Program-made: the position numbers and the translations under genes
From: an uncultured archaeon
GTDB lineage: Archaea; Thermoproteota; Bathyarchaeia; Bathyarchaeales; Bathycorpusculaceae
Assembly: GCA_963810275.1 (NCBI GenBank)
Contig: CAWENF010000007.1
Location: 1-26,999 of the forward strand
Direction: 5' to 3'
DNA length: 26,999 nt
The notes under the pieces: generated by a model
The model's database searches: none
Told to the model about the DNA's origin: nothing
What the model saw: only the letters and a program-made list of their open reading frames with translations
In this document: positions 1-10,800 of the stretch, piece after piece
How the letters are laid out: each line of letters starts with the position of its first letter
How positions within the stretch are numbered: position 1 is the first letter of the stretch

Positions 1-13
1 TACAGAAAAAACT

Positions 14-592
14 ATGACAGTAGCTCAAGATGTCCGCAACCACCTAAGAAACAAACCTTACCTGTGCGAAGCCCTAGAAAAAGGCATAGTTAACTTAAGC
101 GAGCTTAGCCGCCAGCTGCAAACGGAGCTTAAAACTGAGGACACCAGCGCCATAAAAGCGGCGTTGCGCCGCTACAGCGAGGAGCTTCAGAAGCACCGTC
201 AAAAAAGGGAGGAAAAGGTGTTGGCGCTACTGCACCGCAGCGGCATCGCAGTTTACGACCGCAAAGCGGTCATGATTACGGGCAAGGAACTTGGGCATCA
301 ACAAGGTATGAAGGTAGATTTGCTTGACAAATTCGTGTACCTGATGGACCGAAATGATTTGCCTGAGCGGATTAGCTCGCTTGTGAAGCATGAGAACTGT
401 ACTATGATTGTAATTCATTCTCCTGAGGAGTTGGAGGCCACACCGGGTGTCGTTGCGTTTTTGGCTACGTTGCTTGCGGAGCAGAATATTAACATCGTCG
501 AGTTCATTTCGTGTTGGACAGAAACAATTTTGGTGGTTGAGAAGAAAGATAGCTTCAAAGCCTACGAGGTCCTCTCAAACCTCGTCGGCTAA
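14..592 (+). CDS. ACT-domain-containing protein (archaeal family, probable amino-acid-sensing regulator)
   Basis: Intact 192-aa ORF. C-terminal ACT motif (TPGVVAFLATLLAEQNINIVEFISCWTETILVV) and helical HTH-like N-terminus (GIVNLSELSRQL). Lies directly upstream of the threonine genes. Confidence 0.8.
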   Translation: MTVAQDVRNHLRNKPYLCEALEKGIVNLSELSRQLQTELKTEDTSAIKAALRRYSEELQKHRQKREEKVLALLHRSGIAVYDRKAVMITGKELGHQQGMKVDLLDKFVYLMDRNDLPERISSLVKHENCTMIVIHSPEELEATPGVVAFLATLLAEQNINIVEFISCWTETILVVEKKDSFKAYEVLSNLVG

Positions 593-735
593 ACCCCCAA
601 ACAGCATGTACAACCGATCTACAAATGCCCCTTAAATGTAGAACCCAAAAAGCAGCGAAAAACCATCCACAGCAACTAACAAAAAACACAAAACTGAATT
701 AATCAAAACATGTCAAGCCAAACTTAGCAGCCATA

Positions 736-750
736 CCAAAATTATTTAAT
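736..750 (+). promoter_or_regulatory. Putative BRE/TATA box for the thrC-hom-aspartokinase operon
   Basis: accaaaattatttaat about 70 bp upstream of the ATG at 820; GGAG RBS-like motif at 806-809. Confidence 0.35.
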
Positions 751-819
751 GCATCCTCACCATCTCTTCTGCTAATCAGCAAATTCACCAATTATTCACC
801 TGTTTGGAGATGCGAAGTC

Positions 820-2075
820 ATGGTACATCAAGAGTGCATAAACTGTAAAACAGCCTACAGCATAAATGAAATCGCTTACTTCTGCAAAAAATGCGGAGAC
901 ATTCTAGAAATCAAGTTTGAGCAAGGCGAATTAGCAGCTGCAACTCAGAACACGAGAATGGAAGTCTAAGCCGCTTGGCGTCTGGCGCTACAGACCCTTC
1001 ATGCCCATCCACGAAGCAACCCAACCCGTCACACTCGGCGAAGGCGGAACTGGACTTCACAGAAGCCAACACCTATGCAATGAGATAGGTATTGAAAACC
1101 TTTACGTTAAAAACGAGGGAGAAAACCCCACAGGCAGCTTCAAAGACCGCGGCATGACCGTCGGCGTAACCAAAGCCGTCGAAGTCGGGCGCACGCCACG
1201 TAATCTGCGCCTCCACAGGCAACACCTCTGCGGCTCTCGCCGCCTATGCCGCTCGAGCAGGCATCAAATGCACCGTGCTTATCCCATCAGGCAAAATCGC
1301 CTACGGCAAACTGAGCCAAGCCATGATTCACGGTGCAAAAGTTTTGCAGGTCAGAGGCAACTTTGACGAAGCACTTGAATTCGTTCTCAAATTGGCAGAG
1401 AAGCACAAGGACATTTACCTGCTTAAACTCAATCAATCCATTCCGCATCGAAGGACAAAAATCATTGGGCTATGAAATCTGCGAACAACTAAATAACGAA
1501 CGTCCCCGACCGCATCGTCATCCCAGTCGGGAATGCAGGAAACATCTCAGCCGTCTGGAAGGGACTAAAAGAGTTCTATGAATTAGGGTATATCAAAAAG
1601 CTGCCCAAAATGACAGGCATTCAAGCCGCAGGTTCAGCGCCAATCGCTCAAGCAATCAAGGCAGGCAAAGACACAATCACGCCAGTTGATAACCCCGAAA
1701 CAGTAGCCACAGCCATTCGCATCGGCGCACCCGTAAGCTGGAAAAAAGCCGTCAACGCCATTTATGAATCAAAAGGTACAGCAGAAACCGTCACCGATGA
1801 GGAAATCTTGGAGGCTCAAAAAACTCTGGCTCGAGTTGAGGGTATCTTTGTGGAGCCCGCATCAGCCTCATCCATTGCGGGACTTAAAAAAGCTCATCCG
1901 AAACGGCGTAATCGACAAAGACGAGCGGGTAGTTTGCATCACCACAGGACACGGATTAAAAGACCCCGACACCGCAATAAAACAATGCGAAAAACCAGTC
2001 GAAGTGGACGCAGAAATCTGGGCAATCGAGGAAGCGTTAGGGTTAAAGAAGCATAACGTAGTAATTGCTAGGTGA
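820..2075 (+). CDS. thrC: Threonine synthase (PLP fold II), split by about five +1 frameshifts (probable sequencing errors)
   Basis: ATG 820 opens a Zn ribbon (CINC...CKKCG). Successive frames give [26 protein letters not shown] (PLP lysine), [48 protein letters not shown] and TGHGLKDP. Shifts near 955, 1190, 1425, 1501 and 1890. Confidence 0.93.
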
Positions 2076-2082
2076 GTATAAA

Positions 2083-3115
2083 ATGAGAATTATTCTGGTT
2101 GGATACGGAGTTGTGGGCAAGGGCGTCACAACGATTCTTGCCAAACGCGCCGCCGAAAGAGCGAAAGGACTTCGGGTTTAACCCAAAATCGTTGCGATAG
2201 CAGACATAGACGGCGCAGTCATCAACCCCAGAGGCTTCACCCCAGAAAAACTCGAAGCAATTAAACAACAAGGTTACCCAGTTTCAGCAGACCCCGAATA
2301 CGGCGTCAAAGGCATCAAAGCCATGGAAGTCATCGAGCAAGTCGAAGCCGAGGTAGTAGTCGAAGTCACCCCAGTCAACATCCAAACCGCAGAACCCGCA
2401 TTATCACACATAACCACTGCATTTAAAAACAGGCAAACACGTCGTCACAACCAACAAAGGACCCCTCGCACTCGCCATGCCCGCCCTAACCGAACTGGCA
2501 GAATACAACAACGTTTACTTCCGCTTCAGCGGCACAGTCGGCGGCGGGACCCCCATGCTGGAATTCGCTAAACGCTGCCTAGCAGGCGACCGCATACTCG
2601 GAATCAAAGGCATCTTAAACGGCACAACCAACTACATCCTCACCGAAATGGGGCAAAACCGCATCAGCTTCCACGACGCCCTTTCAACAGCCCAGAAGCT
2701 GGGCTACGCCGAACGGGAGCCATCCATGGACATCGACGGATTTGACACAGCGTGTAAAACCGTCATCCTCGCAAACTGGATACTAAACCAGAAAATCACC
2801 CTCAAAGACGTAGACCTAACAGGCATCCGAGACGTCAAATTAGACATGCTTGACGATGCCGCCAAAAGAGGCAACACCCTAAAACTCATCGGAGCCTTAG
2901 ACGGAATCAGCAAACCCGTCATAAAACCAACAGAAATTCCCAAAACCAGCCCACTCTGCGTCAGCGGAGTGCTCAACGCCGTCAGCTTCCAATGCGAATT
3001 CGCGGCAGAGCAAACCATAATCGGCAGAGGCGCAGGCTCAATCGAAACAGCAGGCGCAGTTTTACGCGACCTTTTAGACATAAGACATAAGTTAGCTATC
3101 AGACTACTAACGTAG
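2083..3115 (+). CDS. hom: Homoserine dehydrogenase, with frameshifts (probable sequencing errors)
   Basis: MRIILVGYGVVGKG Rossmann motif after a GGTGA RBS; KHVVTTNKGPLA, GTVGGGTP, GILNGTTNYIL, LGYAEREPSMDIDGFD, GRGAGSIETA. Compensating indels at about 2167/2187 and a +1 at about 2428. Confidence 0.93.
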
Positions 3116-3136
3116 AGAAAAAGTGTGATTTATGCC

Positions 3137-4547
3137 ATGAAAATCGTCATGAAGTTCGGTGGAACCAGCGTCGGAACAGGCGAAAGCATACGCCACGTAG
3201 CCGACTTAGTTACCAAATATGCAAACGAAGACACAAACGTAGCCGTCGTTGTTTCGGCATTGGCAGGCGTCACTAACGAGTTAATCGAAACAGGCTGCAA
3301 AGCTAAGAAAAGCGACGAAATAAACATCCAAGCCTTCACCCAGAGCTTGCTTAAAAAACACAAGGAAGCAATCTCGGCAGCAATAACCAAGCAAAACCAT
3401 CCAAAAGGAAGTCACTGAGGTAACTGAGAAAACCATCGCTGAACTCGAAAAGGTTTTAACAGGCATCTGCTACGTAGGTGAACTCACACCTAAATCTAAA
3501 GATTATGTGATGTCGTTTGGTGAACGACTCTCTGCACCAATTGTTTCAGGAGCAATCCGAGACAAACATGCAGAAAGCCAAAGCTTCACAGGCAAAGACG
3601 CAGGCATAGTCACCGACAGCAACTTCGGCGACGCAGACCCCCTCATGAATTATACAACTCACTTAATCCGTGAACGCCTCGGACCCCTACTTGTAAAGGG
3701 TGTTATCCCAGTTGTTACGGGGTTCATTGCAGCTAACCAAGACGGAGTAGTCACCACTGTTGGCAGAGGCGGCTCAGACTACACCGCTACCATCCTTGGC
3801 GTCGCACTCCAGGCTGACGAAGTGTGGATTTGGACAGACGTGGACGGCATAATGACCACTGACCCCAAAATGGTGCCATCCGCCCGTATGCTGCCGCAAC
3901 TCAGCTATCAGGAAGCAGCGGAAATGGCGATTTTCGGAGCTAAAGCCATGCACCCACGCGCTCTTGGTCCAGTCAGCAAAGCAGGCATACCAGTTCGCAT
4001 CCGCAACACCAAAAACCCAGAAAACACAGGCACATTAATCACAAAAGAACCTGCACAGAATGAAAACAAGCCTGTTAAAGCAGTAGCCATGATAAAAGAT
4101 GTGGCTATGATAAACGTGTACGGCGCCGCCATGGTCGGGGCACCAGGTAGCTACGCCAAAGTCTTGGACGTACTGGGCAAACACGGCATAAACGTCATGA
4201 TGCTATCCGTAGCCGCATCGGAAGCCAACATATCCATGGTAATCAAACGGGATCTTTTGGGAAGAGCTACTAGCAACCTCGAAATCGCCCTGCAGGAAAG
4301 AGGCGGAATCTTAAGTGAAGTCACCGCTGAAGATGATGTAGCGGTAATCGCAGCTATGGGTGCCTACATGAAGGGTACCTTGGGTATTGCCTCAAAAATC
4401 TTTGAAATAGTCGCCAAAAAAGGCATCAACATTCGCATGATTGCGCAAGGCAGCTCGGAGCTTAACATCAGCTTTGTCGTGAAAGAGAAAGATGGAGCAG
4501 CAGTCGTCAAGGCGATTCATGAAGAATTCGGGTTGGATAAAGACTAA
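3137..4547 (+). CDS. lysC: Aspartate kinase with C-terminal ACT domains, one +1 frameshift near 3395
   Basis: VMKFGGTSVG, VVVSALAGVT, SFGERLS, GRGGSDYTA, WTDVDGIMTTDPK, and two ACT repeats (GINIRMIAQGSSE). Confidence 0.93.
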
Positions 4548-4574
4548 ACCCATTTTTCCCACTTTCTTATTTCT

Positions 4575-5153
4575 ATGCAGATGACATTTTATGTTGAACC
4601 TGAACTTATAAGAAACCGCACTGGAAAAGTTGAGAAAAATCTTCTGGAGTCAAAAAATCACGTTTTTAGGCTTCACATTGAACTTGGAAACCCAAGAGTT
4701 AACAGACGACTTGGGACAAGCAACAGATACTACACTAAATGGCACATCCAACTCTTAACAACCATACTCACCCACTACACCGAAAGCACCCACAAACCGC
4801 TCAAAGGCAACTTGGTAAAGTACAACAAGTTCCCAGGTGGATTTGCCTACGAAAGCGCACTGAACAAAAGGGCTCTAGAGCCAATCGCCGACTTTTTCGG
4901 GCAAAATCCATCCGACCTAACCAAAGCAGCAGAGCTACTGGGAGGAAGAAAACTTTATCACGGAGACGCCGCAGTGGAAATTGAAGCTCTCAAAGGCATC
5001 CCACTGACCTTTACGGTTTGGGCTGCAGAAGAGTACCATGCATCAGCAACCTTACTCTACGACCAAACCGCAAACAGCTACGTACCTGTTGAGGATTTAG
5101 CGGTCCTTGCAGAGCTGACCTCAGAGCGGTTAGCAGAAGCGAGGAAACTCTGA
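4575..5153 (+). CDS. DUF3786-family protein (N-terminus uncertain, likely contains compensating indels)
   Basis: LTHY...PGGFAY...AAELLGG...GDAAV...PL...W...EE...A.LLYD......EDLAVL pattern. The alternative frame at 4621-4735 (KITFLGFTLNLET) looks like the true N-terminal part. Confidence 0.75.
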   Translation: MQMTFYVEPELIRNRTGKVEKNLLESKNHVFRLHIELGNPRVNRRLGTSNRYYTKWHIQLLTTILTHYTESTHKPLKGNLVKYNKFPGGFAYESALNKRALEPIADFFGQNPSDLTKAAELLGGRKLYHGDAAVEIEALKGIPLTFTVWAAEEYHASATLLYDQTANSYVPVEDLAVLAELTSERLAEARKL

Positions 5154-5334
5154 ACAAAAATTAACATACGGCTAACAGCCGTTCTGCTTGTAACAACAAG
5201 CACAACCACACAGCAATACCCAGCGTAGTTTGCATTCAAAAAAAGCACGTTTCCGCAAACAGAACAGAAGGTAGTTGTGGCAGCAAACCGTCATAACCTA
5301 CAACAAATAGAAAAAACAAAACTAAATACTAAAC

Positions 5335-6430
5335 TTAGAGTGCTTTGGCTTTTTTCTCGAATTTGTAGATCAACTCCGTCTCACCCAAAACTAGCAACGT
5401 ATCATTCTCCTGCAACACGAATGCAGGGTCAAAAATGTTGGTAGTGACTTTGCCATCGCGAATAACCCCGATAACTGAGCCGTACTTTGCAAGTTCCGCT
5501 AAGCCTTTGCCAATAAGTGGTGAAGAATGGAAAATCGAGAACTCTGAGATTTCTTTTGCTCCTATTTTCTCAGAAAACACAATACCCACCAACCCTTTGG
5601 TTACAGCGGAAAGCGCCAGTAAATGCCCTACCGTGACAGAATCGGGGATAACCATACTTGCCCCTACGGATTTAGCTGTATCAACCAAATTGGGATCATG
5701 CACAACCGTGATAATTCTGATGTCAGGACGCATTCTGCGGATAGTTAACAAAATCAGCATGTTCTCTGCATCATCGCTCATGTGCAATTACAACCATATC
5801 CGCGTGCTCGACTCCCGCATTTTTTAGAGCTTCCATTGGTTGAGTTTCGCATTCCAGAACTACAAACACGTCCCGCTTGACAAGATCGTTGTATGTTTCA
5901 GGGTCCTTAGTCATAATAACGTAATCAAAGCCTAGTTCATCGAGTTTTTCAGAAACATATCTACCCAAGTGACTGTAACCAAACACAATAACGTGTTTAC
6001 GCAGCCGTTTCATCAGCTGTTTTTGGGCTTCACTTTTTGCAAGTTGACCATCAACTAACATGCTGACCATACTCTGAACAATCGACGCTAATGCTCCAAC
6101 GGATATAAGAATTAAGACTATTAAAAGCACTGCCTCGGTAGGGTTCAACGTGAAGAGATTGCCACCGTTGGGGCTGTACATGCCTACTGTAGTTATGGTG
6201 GAGACTGAGGATAGAAAAGCGCTGATAACAGGCAGATGATCATAGTAGTAATATATTAAGGCACCAAAGAAAAACATCAACGCCAAAACAAGCACTTGAC
6301 GATAAACAGCTTTGGCGAAAGCTATGGGTCCATAGAGGGCTTGGTAAAAAGCAAAGCTTAACTTGCGGGTTTGCTTGCGTTTGCGTTTGTTTTGCTTGAC
6401 GTTACTAAACAAGAAATCCTCATTGACCAT
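5335..6430 (-). CDS. 2-TM ion channel with RCK (TrkA-N/TrkA-C) domains, MthK/Kch-like; one frameshift near 5780
   Basis: TM1, pore helix STITTVGMYS, TM2, then HVIVFGYSHLG Rossmann fold. Continues in the next frame as DDAENM...AKSVGASMVI and a TrkA-C domain (SPLIGK...LQENDTLLVLG). Likely start ATG at 6430. Confidence 0.85.
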
Positions 6431-6511
6431 CAGCTTACATCCATAGGCAGACGCTTGTTTTATAAGATAGCAAAATGATTGTTTAAGAGTTTTCGTTTTA
6501 CACACATGCTA

Positions 6512-7615
6512 CTATAAACTTAGAGACCAGTTACCTCGACCAAACTTCTTTGCCGCTTCCGGATTTTCCTTTTTCAACTCCTCAATAATAGCATTCTTAA
6601 TTACTCGCGTGGAAATCGGGGGATCCATTTTGTCAATTTTAGCTTGAACATTCTTCACGATTTTAAGCGCTAACTCATCGCTCACTCCAGCCCGTTTCAA
6701 ACGATGCTGCATGCGCTCGAACTGGAACTCTTCAATCTCACCAGATTCCTGCTTAACACTTATGGTCAAAGCAGCCTGCATCGAGGAAGAAGGTAAAGCA
6801 ACCACCAAAGAGGCGTTTACGCCACGGATTTTTTCCAAAACATTTTGCTCTGCAGCTATGGTTATGGTTCTGCGTTCTTCATCAATGCCTTTTAATTCGC
6901 AACCCGCCAGCACCTCTTCGTTTTCAAGGTAGATGGTTACGATGTCACCTGGCGAGAGGTTTGAGGGGATAATTTTGCATGCGATGGGTATGCCTAGGTA
7001 ACCTTTGGGGATAATCATGCTTAACCCTCGAGTTTTTGCGGCTATTGCTAAATGGATAACTTTGAAGTCTTGATCTAATTCAAGCTCCACGTCGCCTATG
7101 CCCCAGTCAGTGATTAAGCGGCGTTTTACGCGGTTAGAAAGCTCTTCAATCGGAATGTCACCTGGCAAAGTGAACTCCCGCAAAGACAACTCCTCCTTTA
7201 AAGAGTCAGGAACCCTTGGTTGACCCGTCAAATCGTAGATTAATCTGGCGTCAGGCAACTTTATATTAGTGTATTGGGATTTGCCCCGTTTTATGCCGTC
7301 GATTATGGCGGAAGCGCTTTTCTTGGGGATTTTTTCTGCTATTTTGTTTCCTGTTGTTACACCCCAAATCGTGAAAATAGTCAGCACTACGACTTCAATC
7401 GCGCCTCCGACGCTGGGTTGATCTAAAATCGCTAGTAGACCGCCTGAAAATCCAAGGAACCCTAGACCAAAGAGGATGCCGATGAAGTAGGAGAGTTTCT
7501 CGTTTGTGAAATACGTGTAAATAATGGACAGTAACAGCACTATGAAAAACGCTGTGATTCCAGAAGATAAACCACTAACTAGCCCGGATAGTGCATCGTT
7601 GGCAACAGTCGACAT
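6512..7615 (-). CDS. Membrane protein of the archaeal TrkA-associated type with a C-terminal ATP-cone-like domain
   Basis: Three N-terminal hydrophobic helices (YFT...GGLLAILD) and a soluble core resembling haloarchaeal TrkA-C accessory proteins. The C-terminus ISVKQESGEIEEF...LKRAGV...ISTRVIKNAIIEELKKENPEAAKKF matches the ATP-cone pattern. Confidence 0.65.
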   Translation of the reverse strand: MSTVANDALSGLVSGLSSGITAFFIVLLLSIIYTYFTNEKLSYFIGILFGLGFLGFSGGLLAILDQPSVGGAIEVVVLTIFTIWGVTTGNKIAEKIPKKSASAIIDGIKRGKSQYTNIKLPDARLIYDLTGQPRVPDSLKEELSLREFTLPGDIPIEELSNRVKRRLITDWGIGDVELELDQDFKVIHLAIAAKTRGLSMIIPKGYLGIPIACKIIPSNLSPGDIVTIYLENEEVLAGCELKGIDEERRTITIAAEQNVLEKIRGVNASLVVALPSSSMQAALTISVKQESGEIEEFQFERMQHRLKRAGVSDELALKIVKNVQAKIDKMDPPISTRVIKNAIIEELKKENPEAAKKFGRGNWSLSL

Positions 7616-7841
7616 TGTTGGTAATCAATACAAGACTGGTTTATTGGCTAAAAAAATGTTTTTGCCGAATCGGGGGATTAACATAAGAAAATTTGGCTTT
7701 GTTTGGTACTTGTTTTTTAGTTGTTGTGATTTTGGCTGTTTTGCGGTCACAACTTCTCCAGCGATTTGATAGGCGGTAGTGTTTTTATGTCTGCATCTGA
7801 TTTGTGTTTAGAGGTGGTTGAGGTTGTTACAAGCAAATCAG

Positions 7842-10800
7842 CTACTTTGCCGTTTTAACGTAGATGTCAACTTTAACCTGCGAAGCTGCATCGCTGGTGA
7901 AATCTTTTAAGCTGCCGGTCCATTTTGGCGTCGAATCCGCTGTGTAACCCACAGTCTCACAAATGCCCCGCCACAAAAGAGCCTTGTCGTAGTCGCGGGC
8001 GTCTTGGGGCATAAACTCGAATATGCTGCGACTGGCAACGATAACGAGTTTTTTCTTCATTCGACTCACTGCCACATTAATTCGGTTTAGGTTTAGCAGG
8101 AAGTCGGATTCGCTCCGGACATAGTCGGGGTCACTCACGCAAGAAGAGATGACTATACAATCTGCTTCTCCGCCCTGATACCGCTCCACCGTATCCACCC
8201 TAACCCTGTCGCCGACGTCACCGATTATATTACGTAACAACCCTTTCTGAGCGTTGTGAGGCGTAATTATGCCCACGCTTTCGGCAGAGGCGTTTTTAAC
8301 CAGCGCCGCCACGATTTGAGCTTCCACTAAATTAGACTGGAAACTCTCCGCCTCATCATGGACAATAAGTGCAAACACGTTATCTGGCTTCAAAGCAATC
8401 TGCAACCCCGACGTAACAGCGGGAGATGGCAACAAAACATCTGTCTGATCGCTACGGAAGTCAATCTGGTCCTTCTCATACACCCATTCCCTGAGGAACT
8501 CAGCGACTACAGAATGGCAACGATGACTCTCACAGAGGCGCACAGCAGGAATAGCGGCGGGGTTTCTGCATTTAATCCGCTCCAAACCCAACTCTTCGTT
8601 ACGCAGCAAACGGAGAAAATCCATGGCGGATAGGAAAGACGCCATCTCCTCTAACGTGCGGCGATCTTCTTTTTCCCAATTATGTGCGACAATCGGCGGC
8701 AGTTGTCGGTGGTCGCCTGCCACGATTATTTGGCTGTTCGTGGAGAGAAAACTCCCGGAGAGGATGAGTTCAGGTAGACGCATCATACTGGCTTCGTCTA
8801 CAACAAGCAAGTCAAAGAAACCTTCGGTCCAAGGTGGCTCTTTGTCGCCGATTTTCTTCATCAACCCATACAAGCCAGGCGGAGTGACGCAGAGCACCAA
8901 CGGCGGCGAGGATGCTGAAAGCTGTGTAAGCGTGGACTGGTTCATCAAAGCGTCGGACAGCGTCAGAACTGCGGCTTCGTCCTCGTTATAGTTGATGTTC
9001 TTTACGCCCGGGATTTCGGTGCTATTGTTACTGCTTAAAACACGGTAAATCTGCAAGTCCCTCAGGTCTTTGCCACCCTGTTTGGAGTATTCTTGGTGGC
9101 ACCGTGCGAGTTTGGTAACAAATTCTTGGATTGCTTTGTGTGTGGGCGCAACCATTAGGACACGGCACCGAGACTTGGCGGAGTGGGCAGCAATGTGTGC
9201 GAGCACTGCGAGTTGCAGTGTTTCGGTTTTGCCTGTTCCCGGCGGACCTTGAAGCATGATTATGGGTTCTTTGCTAAACACGCTGTCAACGAGAAGTTTC
9301 TGTTCGGGTTTGGGACGCAGCTTTCGCTCTTCAACCCAGCTCAGGAAGCCAGCCGCAGGTTCTTTTGGAATTGGCGTGCGGTTCTGCCCGCATGTTTTGC
9401 CCCCTAAGTAGTCCGCCAGCAAACCGTAGAGTACGTTGTTGGTGGCGTAGTCAAGACTCTTGGCAGCTCGGTCCGAGACTATGTCGTCGGCCAACTCATC
9501 AAGAATATAATATCTGCCAGCTTCGAAAAGTTGCATGTATTTGCTCATTGCTTTTTCATGGTCAGTTGTTGGGAGGTTGTGCCAAGCGCTGTATTTGCTG
9601 CCTTTTCCTCTCGGCCAGCTGACTACTTTGATGCGAACTTCAAGTTTAGCTACATTAACCTTGTCTACGATCGCCCGGGCTGATTTCTCCACTTCCGAGG
9701 GGGAGCGCTTCTCGGTTTCTTCAAACTGCCCCTGACTGTTACGGCGCACCTCTGTGACTACCATCCAGTCGCCGCTGCTGCTTCCATCTGAGCCTTTTAC
9801 GCGGCAAGCATTGGAAATGCAGCCCTCTCTGGGTAGCCCCATGCCTTCGTAAACCAGTTTTCCACTCACAATAAATTCAGGCGGGCTCTCAAACTCCTCA
9901 ACGTGAGTGCATTGGAAGATCACGGAGCGCCCCGACGCCACTCGCTGATACGGCAACATTGCGTAGTGCTGATACATTTCCTGCCGCTTGCTGAAATACT
10001 CTAAATCCAGAAACTCGCGGCAACTGCGCTCCAACGTGGATTCGCCCAAGGTGAATTCACTGATTTTAGGCACCGCAATCGGCTTTTTTCCGAGACGGCG
10101 GTTGCGGATGTTTAACGATCGCTCAATCTGCTCAAGTACCATACAGATTTTGGTGCCCATCAAGTTCAGTTCTTCATCAGTTATGCGGCGACTCTTCGTG
10201 TTATAATCGCACCATTTCCGTTTTTCAAGCAGGATTTTGGCGAGTCCCGTCACTTGATCAAAGTGGTCAAGGCGACCTTTCACACCCCAAATATATTCAA
10301 TTGGCAGTTGGTCGCCGAAGCGGGCGCGGGCTGGGTAGTAGCCGTCGTTTGAGCCTTCATGGAGGAAACTGATTTTGCCATCTGATCCCCTGCGGAAAGG
10401 CAAAGAATAATTGAAAAGCCCATCGCGGAATACTAATGCCAAGTCAACGGTGGAACCGTCTTTACGTTTAACTCGCCACTGCGAGCGATCAAAGAAGCAA
10501 GCCTGCTCCAGAATCGGCAGCAAACCTGTGCTGTGGAACCGTAATGCCTTGCGGTGGGCGACTTCGTCTTGCAGAATTGAAAACATAGGCTGGTCAATGG
10601 CTTGCCTTAGCCCAAGTAGATCGCGGACTGCCCTTGCAGCGAGGACATTGGGTTGGCGGGTAACGGCTTTCATGAGCATGTCGCGTTCTTGGCGGCTGAA
10701 AAAGTATAGGTGAATTGGCGCTTCCTGTGGGCTGCCTACTTGGTTGGCGACTTTGGCGATTGCTGCGGATAGGTCTTTGAAGAAATCCTGTGAGCAGCTT

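Noticed and set aside
820-10800. About a dozen frameshifts in thrC, hom, aspartokinase, DUF3786, the channel and the helicase, read as pseudogenisation or programmed frameshifting
   Set aside because: Nearly all are single-base insertions, many in short homopolymers. Catalytic motifs are intact, there is no shared slippery site, and none occur after about 11 kb. This fits long-read indel error; read mapping would confirm.
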